The notes under the pieces: generated by a model
The model's input: the letters and a program-made list of their open reading frames with translations, nothing else
The model's database searches: none
What the model was told of the DNA's origin: nothing
Program-made: the position numbers and the translations under genes
Assembly: GCA_965195225.1 (NCBI GenBank)
Contig: CBDAFL010000085.1
Coordinates: forward strand, 82,120 to 146,119
Direction of reading: 5' to 3'
Origin: an uncultured Thermoguttaceae bacterium
GTDB lineage: Bacteria; Planctomycetota; Planctomycetia; Pirellulales; Thermoguttaceae
Length of the DNA stretch: 64,000 bases
Shown here: positions 45,534 through 54,250 of the stretch, in pieces
Position numbering within the stretch: position 1 is the stretch's first letter
Layout: each line of letters opens with the position of its first letter

Positions 45534-46382
45534 ATGGATTCCCCGCGAAACGCGTCCGCGTTGAATCGGACTTTTTGGAAATGGGCGTGGCGAATCGGCC
45601 GAGTGCCGTTGATCTGCTTTCTCGTTGTGGTGGTGATCGCCATGTTTATGGAAAACTCGCTGATCTTTTTCCCGAGCCGTTACCCGATCGGCGAATGGCA
45701 ACCGCCGGGGATTGAGTTCGAGGACGCCTGGTTCCAGTCGGAAGACGGCTCTCGGCTGCACGGCTGGTACGTGCCGCATCCGAATCCCCGCGCAACGGTG
45801 CTTTTCTGTCACGGCAACGCCGGCAACATCACCCATCGCGCCGGGATTCTCGAGGTCTTGCACGACTACGTCGGCGCGTCGGTGTTGATTTTCGATTACC
45901 GTGGATACGGTCGAAGCGAGGGTGGGCCGAGCGGGTCTGGCGTTTTGGCCGACGCCCGCGCGGCGCGCGCTTGGCTGGCCGCCCGCGAAAATATCCCCGA
46001 GCGCGACGTGGTGCTGATGGGCGAGTCGATCGGTGGGGCCGTGGCGGTTGATTTGGCCGCCCGCGACGGCGCTCGCGGTTTGGTTCTGGAAAGCACGTTC
46101 GACGCTTTGCCGGAAGTGGCCGCGTATCATTATCCGTGGCTTCCGGTTCGCTGGCTGATGCGGACCCGTTTCGACTCGGCCGGCGTGATCGGTCGGTATC
46201 ATGGTCCGTTGCTGCAAGCGCACGGCGACGCCGATACGATCGTTCCCTTGCGGTGTGGCCGCCGCTTGTTCGAGGCGGCCAACGAGCCGAAGCGGTTCAT
46301 TCTCCTGTCCGGCCACGACCACAACGATCCCATGCCGCGGGAGTACTACGAGGCCTTGGCGTCATTTTTAGAGGGGCTCTGA
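45534..46382 (+). CDS. Alpha/beta-fold hydrolase
   Basis: FCHGNAGN, the nucleophile elbow GESIGGAV (GxSxG), and later D and H (GDADTIVP, GHDHND). One N-terminal TM segment. Confidence 0.8.
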   Translation: MDSPRNASALNRTFWKWAWRIGRVPLICFLVVVVIAMFMENSLIFFPSRYPIGEWQPPGIEFEDAWFQSEDGSRLHGWYVPHPNPRATVLFCHGNAGNITHRAGILEVLHDYVGASVLIFDYRGYGRSEGGPSGSGVLADARAARAWLAARENIPERDVVLMGESIGGAVAVDLAARDGARGLVLESTFDALPEVAAYHYPWLPVRWLMRTRFDSAGVIGRYHGPLLQAHGDADTIVPLRCGRRLFEAANEPKRFILLSGHDHNDPMPREYYEALASFLEGL

Positions 46383-48275
46383 GTAGGGCGCGTCGCCGTT
46401 GCCCTCGAACAAAGGGAGCCTCACGGAGAGCCGCGTTCCTTCGGTCGGGGCCGACTCGATGGTCACGCTTCCTTCCAGCAGACGGACCCGTTCGCGGATA
46501 CCCTGCAATCCGAACCGTTCTTCTCCCACGGCGTTGGAGTCGAAGCCGATTCCCCAGTCGCGGACATCGATGTGAATATGGTCGCCGCGCTGAATCAGGG
46601 TGACGCGGATTTTGTCGCTGCAACTGTGCCGGCAGGCGTTTTGCAGCGATTCCTGGATGATGCGGAAAACCGCGCTCTCCAATGACGGGGCAAGATGCCG
46701 GCGGGGTAAGTCGTGCTCGAACTCGATTTCCGGCCCATCGTCCTTGCGATGTTCACAGATAATGTATTGAACGGCGTCGACGATTCCCAATTCGTCGAGG
46801 ACCGGGGGCCGAAGCCCGCTAATCAGACGCCGGGCCTCGTCGATGGCTCGGGCCAGCAGGTTCGCGGCCGAATCGAAGCCCTTCCAAGCCTCGGCGGCAT
46901 CTCGGGCAAGCGTCTCGCGGAAGGCCTGGAGCCGGTAGAGCGCGCCGGTGAGTTGTTGAGCGAAACCGTCGTGAATCTCGTAAGAGATCAACCGCCGTTC
47001 GCGCTCGTGCAATTCGAGCAGTTGCCGCAGCAGCCGTTGCTCTTTTTTAACCGCCTCGGTGGCCAAACGCCCCTGGGTAACGTCGGTGCTGATTACTATG
47101 ATGTTCTCAATGCCGTTTTCTCCGCCGATCGGCACTATCCGGCTCGACCACCAGTTGCCGAAGATGCACCGCAGTTCCGTGGTTTGGGGCTGTCCGGTGG
47201 CGAGTGCCCGATCGAGAGCGCGCCGGCTCGATTCTCTATACTCCGGCGACGCGAAATTATAGATGCTCGCACCGATGTGTTCTTCACGGCTTATTCCCGA
47301 TTGGGCGCGGTTGATAAATTGGATGTTGGCGTTCCGATCGAGCATCATAATGAGGTCTGGGAGGTTCTCGAACAGTCCCCGCAGGGTGGCCTCCGATTCT
47401 CGCAATGCCCTTTCCGCCCGACGATGCTCGGTAACGTCGCGGGTAATTCCCAGCAGACCGGTCGGCATGCCCTCTTCGTCGCGCATGTACGTGCTGACGA
47501 TTTCGCACCAGCGGTGCGAGCCGTCCTTTGCACGGCATTCCACCTCCAGGAAACGTTTCCGATAAGCGTCCACGGGCCGAGAAGCGTCCCAGGAAAAGTC
47601 CTCGATCAAAGCATTACGGGCGCGGGCGATGGCCTCCGGCGCGACGAGGTCTTGGAGCGAGAGGTTCTTGCTTTCCTCCGGCGTATAGCCAAAGACCCGC
47701 TCCGAGGCCGGACTGACGTAAGAGAACTGCCAGTGGTTCAATACGGCGTCGGCCAGTTCCGCCGGCGCCGCTTCCCCCCATCGCTGCTTGAGAATCTCCG
47801 TCGGAAACTCCACCGTCCAGATCACGTCGGCCACGTTGTTTGCGATTGTCCGATAACGGTCGTCGCTGGCCCGGAGCAATTCGATCGTCCACTTCCGCTC
47901 CGTGATGTCGTGGAAGAAACCGAGCAAACAGTCCCGGTTTTGGTACTTGAAGTGGGTGGCCGAAATGTCGGCATAGACCAGCCCCCCGTCCTTCCGCAGG
48001 CAAGGGATGTCCCGAACGCACTTCAAGCGGCGCTCGCTCATCGCCTTGAATGCCGCCAACACATGCGGCAAGCTGTCGGCGGGATGAATGTCCTCCACCG
48101 ACAGCGACAGCATTTCTTCTTCCGAGTATCCAAGCATCTGGCAGATAGCCCGGTTGACGCGGCGAAAACGCTTGCCCCGTAGATCGGCGATGATGATCCC
48201 CTCGGCCGATTCGTCGTAGAGCACCCGCAACTCTTCGTTTGTTTGCCGCAATGCCGACTCGTTCGCATCGCTCAT
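46368..48275 (-). CDS. Multi-PAS sensor histidine kinase (HisKA_3/NarL-partner type)
   Basis: Several PAS/PAC units, H-box SYEIHDGFAQQLTGA and an HATPase domain (DVRDWGIGF, GLQGIRERV). Start chosen at MSDANES (48275); the ORF is open to 48395. Its 3' end overlaps the convergent hydrolase gene by 15 nt. Confidence 0.85.
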   Translation of the reverse strand: MSDANESALRQTNEELRVLYDESAEGIIIADLRGKRFRRVNRAICQMLGYSEEEMLSLSVEDIHPADSLPHVLAAFKAMSERRLKCVRDIPCLRKDGGLVYADISATHFKYQNRDCLLGFFHDITERKWTIELLRASDDRYRTIANNVADVIWTVEFPTEILKQRWGEAAPAELADAVLNHWQFSYVSPASERVFGYTPEESKNLSLQDLVAPEAIARARNALIEDFSWDASRPVDAYRKRFLEVECRAKDGSHRWCEIVSTYMRDEEGMPTGLLGITRDVTEHRRAERALRESEATLRGLFENLPDLIMMLDRNANIQFINRAQSGISREEHIGASIYNFASPEYRESSRRALDRALATGQPQTTELRCIFGNWWSSRIVPIGGENGIENIIVISTDVTQGRLATEAVKKEQRLLRQLLELHERERRLISYEIHDGFAQQLTGALYRLQAFRETLARDAAEAWKGFDSAANLLARAIDEARRLISGLRPPVLDELGIVDAVQYIICEHRKDDGPEIEFEHDLPRRHLAPSLESAVFRIIQESLQNACRHSCSDKIRVTLIQRGDHIHIDVRDWGIGFDSNAVGEERFGLQGIRERVRLLEGSVTIESAPTEGTRLSVRLPLFEGNGDAPYSEPL

Positions 48276-48521
48276 GGCGTCGTCCCGTCTTGCCCCGCTC
48301 TGATCTCCACGTTTCGATTCCGTGGGGTCAAGGCCAATGCATCTGGCGAGGGGTGCTTCGGCGCGTCCACGGAGGCGATTTATCATGCCCGTCAATTGTA
48401 CACCATCGAAAAGCCCAACGCACCAAGAGGTACGAAGGTTGCAGAAAAAAGCCCGCGGTAGACGGCCCGCGGGCTTTTCGGGAGTGGTTTCAAGAACAAC
48501 TCTCGTGAACGCCTGTTTCGA

Positions 48522-49118
48522 TTACAGCGCGCCCAGCACCGGGGGTAACGACGCGTTTCTAGTCGTTTCGTGTGGTACCGGGGCGGGAGGAAGAGCGGTC
48601 TGATTGGCGGGGGTCGGGGGCGGTGCCGAGGTGCTGCATTCGTTACTTTCGCATTTTGGACAGCAGTAGACCACCACGCACTTGTAACTGGGAACCTTGC
48701 AGACGATCTCCTTTTTCACCAGCTTTTTCTTGACCCGCATTTTGCCGCACTTGGGCGGGATGAAGCTCTTGTTCTTTTCGACGGCGCAGGGATCGCGCTT
48801 GCCGTCGCAACAGCCGCAATCCGGATTGCACGAACCATTGCCTCTGCAACCGTCGCAACGGCCGCCGCCGCGGCGATTGGGCAACGTAGGACAGAACTCC
48901 TCGCACTCGACCACCCAAACGTACTTCTTAACCTCTTTTATCTCGCACACCACGCGGCAATACTTCTCGCACCTGGAGTTGCAGCCGCAATGGCCGCAGC
49001 GGTCGGCGCTGCCGCAGACCTGGACCTCGGTGCAGGCGTTCGGATCGCACGGCTCGGCGGCCATGGCCAGACCGGCAATCGAAAAACCGATCGCCAGGGA
49101 AATCGAGAATATCCTCAT
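48522..49118 (-). CDS. Exported cysteine-rich protein
   Basis: GGAG upstream of ATG 49118. Signal peptide MRIFSISLAIGFSIAGLAMA. More than 30 Cys in CxxC, CGC and CC clusters. Pro-rich C-terminal tail. Confidence 0.6.
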   Translation of the reverse strand: MRIFSISLAIGFSIAGLAMAAEPCDPNACTEVQVCGSADRCGHCGCNSRCEKYCRVVCEIKEVKKYVWVVECEEFCPTLPNRRGGGRCDGCRGNGSCNPDCGCCDGKRDPCAVEKNKSFIPPKCGKMRVKKKLVKKEIVCKVPSYKCVVVYCCPKCESNECSTSAPPPTPANQTALPPAPVPHETTRNASLPPVLGAL

Positions 49119-49134
49119 CCGATTATCTCCTCGG

Positions 49135-50526
49135 TTAGAAGTCGATTTGGGCACGCATCTGGACGATGTTCAGGTCGCCGACGCCGGCGCCCTGGTTCTG
49201 ATTTATACCGGAATGGATGTATTCCAACATGAAGCGGGTGTAGGGTGTCAGATACCAGTTCACGCCGAGCGTGTGGTCGCCGACGTAATCGAATCCCAGC
49301 AGGCCGCCGTCGTAGGCGTCGAGCCACGAATATCGGTATTTTAGCTCCCACGCGCCGCGGCCGGTGTAGACCGTGTCGTTTTCGTCGCGGACACGGAAGA
49401 AGTTCTCGAACGGCTTGACGCGGCCGAAAACGCCTTTTGTCCGTTCGTAGGGTCGGTTCTCGCCGGTCAGAAAGTAACTCACGTAGGCGTAGGCGCCCTG
49501 CGTCTTGCAGTCGGCGTGGGCCGAGCGGGCGATGTAGTTTACGTAATACTCCGACTGAAAGGAGAGTGGCCCGTAGACAAAGGCCAACTCCGCCCCGATC
49601 AGGTCGCGAGCGGTCACGTCGTCCAGCAGCAGGCTGTTCTGGTGCGCCAAGTGACACTCGGGGCGATACTTGATGGTGAACTGGTCCCGGAAGGGGTCGC
49701 GGTGGCTGTAAGCCAGTCCGACGTGGATCAGGCCACGGCCTTCCGTTGCCTCGTCGTACCAGGGGAGCCAGGTGCCGCGCATGGTGGCCGCGCCGCCCAT
49801 GTTGTCGTCCTGGATCGCCCCGCCGTCGTCGTTGTGCTCGGTGAAGTATCCGATGGCGAAGGTGGCGCGTTCGCTCTCGGCGACGCCGTGGGCCATCACG
49901 CCGATGTGCCGCTTGGGCGCCATCACGTCGTTCGCGGTGGACCGCTCCATGAACGTGATGTAGTTCGCGCTGGTCAGTTCGTCCAGACCATACGGCTCCT
50001 TGAAGTGGCCTATTTTGATATTCTGAAGCAGCGGCAGGTCGGTGATCTCGAAGTAAATGTCCTTCGCGCGGGAGCTGTCCTTGCCGGCAAAGTCCCACTC
50101 GATCTTATACTTGATGACGTTGAAGCCGTTTCCGCTCAATCCTAATCGAGCACGGCGCAACTCGACGCCGTTCTGTTCGTCGAAGCGGGCCTTGTCGATG
50201 GCGTCTTGGCTGAAGGCGGCCGTGTCGAAGTTAATCCTCCCGAAGGGCTTAACCGACATCTTGCCCGCCGCTTTCTTCTTCGCCGCCTTCGCCTTGTCGT
50301 CGAGCTTCTTAAGCGCCTTTTCGACCTCGGCCAATCGGGCGGCCAGAGCGGCCTCGTTGTCGCCGGAGTTGCCGGAGACAAAATGATTTTTGCTCGCCGT
50401 CGAATTGTATGTGTCGGGAAACAGCGAAGGCGTGGGGCCTTCTTCGCCGTGGACCGGGACACTCACGCCCCAGGCGACCGCGACCGTCAGCATCCAAGCC
50501 GACAAGTGGAAAATACGTCCGTGCAT
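49135..50526 (-). CDS. Porin, phosphate-selective porin O/P-like
   Basis: Signal peptide, an N-terminal coiled segment, alternating beta-strand pattern and a terminal aromatic residue (...MRAQIDF), as in OprO/OprP-family porins. Confidence 0.7.
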   Translation of the reverse strand: MHGRIFHLSAWMLTVAVAWGVSVPVHGEEGPTPSLFPDTYNSTASKNHFVSGNSGDNEAALAARLAEVEKALKKLDDKAKAAKKKAAGKMSVKPFGRINFDTAAFSQDAIDKARFDEQNGVELRRARLGLSGNGFNVIKYKIEWDFAGKDSSRAKDIYFEITDLPLLQNIKIGHFKEPYGLDELTSANYITFMERSTANDVMAPKRHIGVMAHGVAESERATFAIGYFTEHNDDGGAIQDDNMGGAATMRGTWLPWYDEATEGRGLIHVGLAYSHRDPFRDQFTIKYRPECHLAHQNSLLLDDVTARDLIGAELAFVYGPLSFQSEYYVNYIARSAHADCKTQGAYAYVSYFLTGENRPYERTKGVFGRVKPFENFFRVRDENDTVYTGRGAWELKYRYSWLDAYDGGLLGFDYVGDHTLGVNWYLTPYTRFMLEYIHSGINQNQGAGVGDLNIVQMRAQIDF

Positions 50527-50744
50527 CTTGGGGTTCCTCTCCAAAGCAAGCTCCGCTGAACGTGGGCCAGCGTGTGTACAATCGCCCCATTTCTCACTCT
50601 CAGCACCTCCGGTGCATTCGACACCGTTGGCATCCTAAGAATAATTTTCGGGAAGCGACGGCCGAAGAATTGAGTTAGAGAAGTGTTAGCGGCCGTTGCG
50701 GGGCATGGAGCCAAACGCGGCGGCCGACGCAACCGGCATAGCCG

Positions 50745-51041
50745 TCAGCGTCCGCCAAGAACCTTCCGCAAAATCGCCCAAAGAATCAGCAGCGGAATTA
50801 ACGTTATTAACAGACGAGGCCAACGCGCCGCCACAATCAACATAACCGGCACGGTAAGCAAAATCCATCCGGGCAACCGCTGAACGTCGTTAAAGGCCAG
50901 CCAGGCGGCCGCCATCAACGCCCCGGCACGCCAGCAAAACGCCAGCGCTCCTTTCGACTCCGGCCCCGGCCACCATAGCCAAATAGCCGCGGCACTGAGG
51001 AGAAGCACGACGGCGGAGATTGCCAATATACGTCGCTGCAT
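50745..51041 (-). CDS. Small hypothetical membrane protein (98 aa, 3 TM)
   Basis: ORF with three hydrophobic helices. No motif. Confidence 0.45.
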   Translation of the reverse strand: MQRRILAISAVVLLLSAAAIWLWWPGPESKGALAFCWRAGALMAAAWLAFNDVQRLPGWILLTVPVMLIVAARWPRLLITLIPLLILWAILRKVLGGR

Positions 51042-51128
51042 GGCTATTCATGAAGCCGCGCTGTGGCGGTCGTGGCTTGCGTTGGGATGGCAGTGCAACT
51101 GCCCCCCCAACAATTGTCGGACGCGGCA

Positions 51129-53204
51129 TTATATCCTGTCCAGCATATCGACCCACCGCGCGAATTGCGATAGCTCCTGGTCGTTGAGGTATCGGGGCGT
51201 CTCGCCGAGGTTCTTCAACGTGACGGGAAATTTCAACTTTTGCAACGCGGCCGCGGACCGCTTGATCGGTTTGGCCAGCCGCGATTTCTCGGCCCGTGCG
51301 ATGTAGACGGCCAATCGGTGCGGCGGTTCGTTATGAGGCGGTTTGCCCCGCATGATCGCCTCCACCGCGGCCACGGCGCGGATCGAGTCCCGATTGCGGA
51401 ACGCCACCAGAAAAGCCATCGTGCCGCCGCCTTCATATCCGTGCGCGACAATCCGTGTCGGATCCACCTGGTAAGTGGAACCGATTTGATCCAGCAACCG
51501 ATCGACGAACTCCGTCTCGCCCAGCGTCCAGTGGGCGGGATTGGCCGATTTCGGCGCCAGCAGAATCAGATTGTACCGGTCGCAGAGCGGTTTCCAGCGG
51601 GCCAGCAAGTCCTTCCACTCGAACCTGCCGGGCGCGTGCAGCCAAACCACCACGCCGCAGGGCGCCTCGGGCCGGTATCCTTCGGGTACGTAGGCCCACG
51701 CCTCGTTCGAGTATTCCGGGATTTTCAACCGCGTGGAGCCGACCTGGGGACCGTCGGACTTCGACGACTCGACGCTCGGCGAGGCCGGCGGCAATTCCTC
51801 CGGCGGCAGGTCGATGGGAAGCTGGGCCAGCACAATCTTCACTTGTCGCATGGCGCCGTTGCGGCGGACTTCAAGCCGGACCTCGGTTCCAGGCTCCAGC
51901 GAGCCGATCTTTTCGATCAATCCGATTCGGTCCTTGATCGGTTCTCCGTCGAGCGAGACAAGTACGTCGCCGGTTTCCATGCCCGCCTCGGCCGCGGGGC
52001 TTTTTGGGTAAACGTAGCGGACTGCGACCCCGTCGCGGGCGTCGAAACGCATCGGCAGTATGCCGAGGAAGCCGTGCTGGAATGGCTCGAGCTTCGCCGC
52101 CAATTGCATCTCGCGTTGGAGCCGTTGATCGCCGCGCAAGACGGTGATGGATACTTTATCGCCGGCGTACTTTCGGCCGATCTCGGTGTTGACCTCCGCC
52201 GCGCGAGTAATCTGCCGGCCGTCGATATCGACTATCTCGTCTCCAGCCTGAAGCCCCGCCTCGGTGGCGGGGCATTTCGGCAGACAAGCGGCAATGATCG
52301 GCCGGCCGGTGTACAGGTTCGGCCCTTTGAGACTGATTCCGGTCAGGCCGCGATACAGGTCTTCGCCCTTGATTAAACGGGGCAATGCCCGCCGAACGTC
52401 CTCGGCTGGAATGGCGAATCCGATTCCCGAATCGTACCATTCGATGCCTGCCATCCGGCCCGTGGCCTTTGGCGAAAGGGGCACTAGCACTCCCAACACG
52501 CGGCCATGAATGTCGATCAACGGACCGCCGTAGTTGTTCGGCGAGACGGCGGCGTCGGTCTGGATGGCCTTGCCCCAGACGCGGTCCAGCGCGCTGAGGA
52601 TTCCGACCGACATGTTGGGCCGGTCGCGCTGGAAAGTCCGTCCGACGGCGATTGCCCACTGGCCGACGCGCATCTCGCCGCGCGGGGCTATCTCGCCGAC
52701 CGGCAGCGGTTTATCCACGTCGATTTTCAACAGCACGAGCATCCGCGCATGGTCCGTGGCGACCAGCTTGGCCGGCTTGCGAGTTCCGTCGGTCAACCGC
52801 ACCAGGATCGAAGCCGGCTGGGCCGCGAAGTTGAAGGCGCTGGAGATAATATACCCCTGCGGGCCGACAACCAATCCGGTGGTCGGTCCAGTGCCAAGCA
52901 GATTCCCCTCGACCTGCTCCAGGCCGCCGAGAGTCTCGATCTGGACGACCGCCGGGGCGACTCGCTCGACCGCGGCCCTAAGCGCCGTCTGCAATTGCGA
53001 CTCGACGTCGTCCGAGGCGATGGACATTGCCGTCGTCAGGAAAAACGTCGCCGTCAGAGCGAGAAAGAATCGCCGGGTGGCACGTCCCTGAGCACAGCGA
53101 AGGGCGTGTTTACCCAGACAACCACGCCCTTCGCTGTGCTCAGGGACGTGCCACTCCTCTTGCCAACCTTGGCCGTTGTTATTGAAAACAAACGTCGTCA
53201 TCAT
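51129..53204 (-). CDS. HtrA-like trypsin-fold + 2xPDZ + alpha/beta-hydrolase-like fusion with substituted catalytic residues (probable pseudoenzyme); Tat-type signal
   Basis: Where HtrA has TNxHV, D(I/L)A(V/L)LK and GNSGGP, this protein has ISSAFNF, ARMLVLLKI and PNNYGGPL. The C-terminal esterase-like domain has GYEGGG where GxSxG is expected. A twin-arginine motif, ATRRFFLAL, precedes the hydrophobic segment. ATGA overlap with the upstream gene. Confidence 0.75.
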   Translation of the reverse strand: MMTTFVFNNNGQGWQEEWHVPEHSEGRGCLGKHALRCAQGRATRRFFLALTATFFLTTAMSIASDDVESQLQTALRAAVERVAPAVVQIETLGGLEQVEGNLLGTGPTTGLVVGPQGYIISSAFNFAAQPASILVRLTDGTRKPAKLVATDHARMLVLLKIDVDKPLPVGEIAPRGEMRVGQWAIAVGRTFQRDRPNMSVGILSALDRVWGKAIQTDAAVSPNNYGGPLIDIHGRVLGVLVPLSPKATGRMAGIEWYDSGIGFAIPAEDVRRALPRLIKGEDLYRGLTGISLKGPNLYTGRPIIAACLPKCPATEAGLQAGDEIVDIDGRQITRAAEVNTEIGRKYAGDKVSITVLRGDQRLQREMQLAAKLEPFQHGFLGILPMRFDARDGVAVRYVYPKSPAAEAGMETGDVLVSLDGEPIKDRIGLIEKIGSLEPGTEVRLEVRRNGAMRQVKIVLAQLPIDLPPEELPPASPSVESSKSDGPQVGSTRLKIPEYSNEAWAYVPEGYRPEAPCGVVVWLHAPGRFEWKDLLARWKPLCDRYNLILLAPKSANPAHWTLGETEFVDRLLDQIGSTYQVDPTRIVAHGYEGGGTMAFLVAFRNRDSIRAVAAVEAIMRGKPPHNEPPHRLAVYIARAEKSRLAKPIKRSAAALQKLKFPVTLKNLGETPRYLNDQELSQFARWVDMLDRI
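53076..53153. repeat. Perfect 32-bp-arm palindrome inside the 5' end of a CDS
   Basis: GTGGCACGTCCCTGAGCACAGCGAAGGGCGTG (53076-53107), a 14-nt loop, then CACGCCCTTCGCTGTGCTCAGGGACGTGCCAC (53122-53153). Confidence 0.85.
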
Positions 53205-54235
53205 GGATACGTCCTCTTCGATGGCTTCGACTCGCCGGCCGACCGCAAGGTGAACTCCAGCAACTCTTGGCCGCGGATAACCGTCAGTCTGATCGGATCC
53301 TCGTAATCGACAAACTCCATTTCCTTGGCCAGCGCCTTGCAGGATTGGACCAGACGGTCGCCGGAGAGAATGATCAAGTCGTCGGGTTTCATGCCCGCCC
53401 GGGCTGCCGGCGAGCCGGGCAAGACGCGATCGACGTAGGGGGGCGTGCGCTCGAGAACGTCGGGAACCAACATGATTCCCAATGCCGTCGGGTCGAGCGA
53501 TCGTAGCGGTTTCTTAACCTCCTCTGGATCGCGCCGGGCGACAAACTTGCCCGCCCGGATATCCTCGACCGATTGTCGAATCTTATCGATCGGCAAGGCG
53601 TAGTTGAGCCAGGTGTTGTTCAGCGAGTTGCGGAGTTCCTTACCCAACATACCGGCCAATTCTCCGCCGAAAGTGACCAGCGCCCCGCCGGCGGCGCCGG
53701 GGTTGTTCGTGGTCATGTCGAGCGCGTAGACCGTGCCGCGATAGGGGGTCTCGAACACGCCGCGCCGGGCATCGAGCTGCGTGACCACCGCGACCGTGCC
53801 CTTCTGCACGCTGACCGGCTCGTCGCCCAGTGCCACGCCGAAAACATTGCTGAAGGCCAGCACCCTGGCGCCGGCCTCAAGTTTTACCGCCTCCGACAGA
53901 TCGAAGCAGGGCAAACCCTCGGCCTCGATCTTGAGCACGGCCACGTCCAGCCTCGGATCGGCGCCCAGCAGTTTCGCGTCCAACTCGCGGCCATCGGAGA
54001 GCATCACCGAGATATAGTCGGTGTCGAGCACGTAACTGAACGCGGTAAGGATATGCCCCTCGGGCGAAACGAGAATTCCGCTCTGGTAGCTCTCCATTCC
54101 GCTGAACCCGCCCGCACCGTAAATCTTGACGATCTTTGGGTGTACACGGTCGATCGTATCGACGATCGCGGCGGCAGCGGGCGCGGAGAAGAGCAACAAG
54201 ATGATGAGAAGCAATTTACAATTTACAATTTTCAA
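53201..54235 (-). CDS. HtrA-like trypsin-fold + PDZ protein lacking catalytic His and Ser (probable pseudoprotease)
   Basis: Sec signal MKIVNCKLLLIILLLFSAPAAAA. GHILTAFSYV sits where GxxxTNxHV is expected. The Asp context is conserved (LDVAVLKI). NNPGAAGGAL sits where NPGNSGGPL is expected. A PDZ domain lies at the C-terminus. Confidence 0.75.
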   Translation of the reverse strand: MKIVNCKLLLIILLLFSAPAAAAIVDTIDRVHPKIVKIYGAGGFSGMESYQSGILVSPEGHILTAFSYVLDTDYISVMLSDGRELDAKLLGADPRLDVAVLKIEAEGLPCFDLSEAVKLEAGARVLAFSNVFGVALGDEPVSVQKGTVAVVTQLDARRGVFETPYRGTVYALDMTTNNPGAAGGALVTFGGELAGMLGKELRNSLNNTWLNYALPIDKIRQSVEDIRAGKFVARRDPEEVKKPLRSLDPTALGIMLVPDVLERTPPYVDRVLPGSPAARAGMKPDDLIILSGDRLVQSCKALAKEMEFVDYEDPIRLTVIRGQELLEFTLRSAGESKPSKRTYP

Positions 54236-54247
54236 TTTTCAATCCTC
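54213..54247. repeat. AT-rich heptamer tandem repeat (AATTTAC x2, AATTTTC x2, AATCCTC) spanning the RBS and start codon
   Basis: Read directly. On the coding (minus) strand it is GGAGGATT-GAAAATT-GAAAATT-GTAAATT-GTAAATT and covers the TTG start at 54235. Confidence 0.8.
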
Positions 54248-54250
54248 CCC

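Noticed and set aside
45402-48182. Antisense ORFs 45402-46322 (306 aa) and 46713-48182 (489 aa)
   Set aside because: They lie opposite a well-supported alpha/beta hydrolase and the PAS histidine kinase respectively, and carry no motifs.
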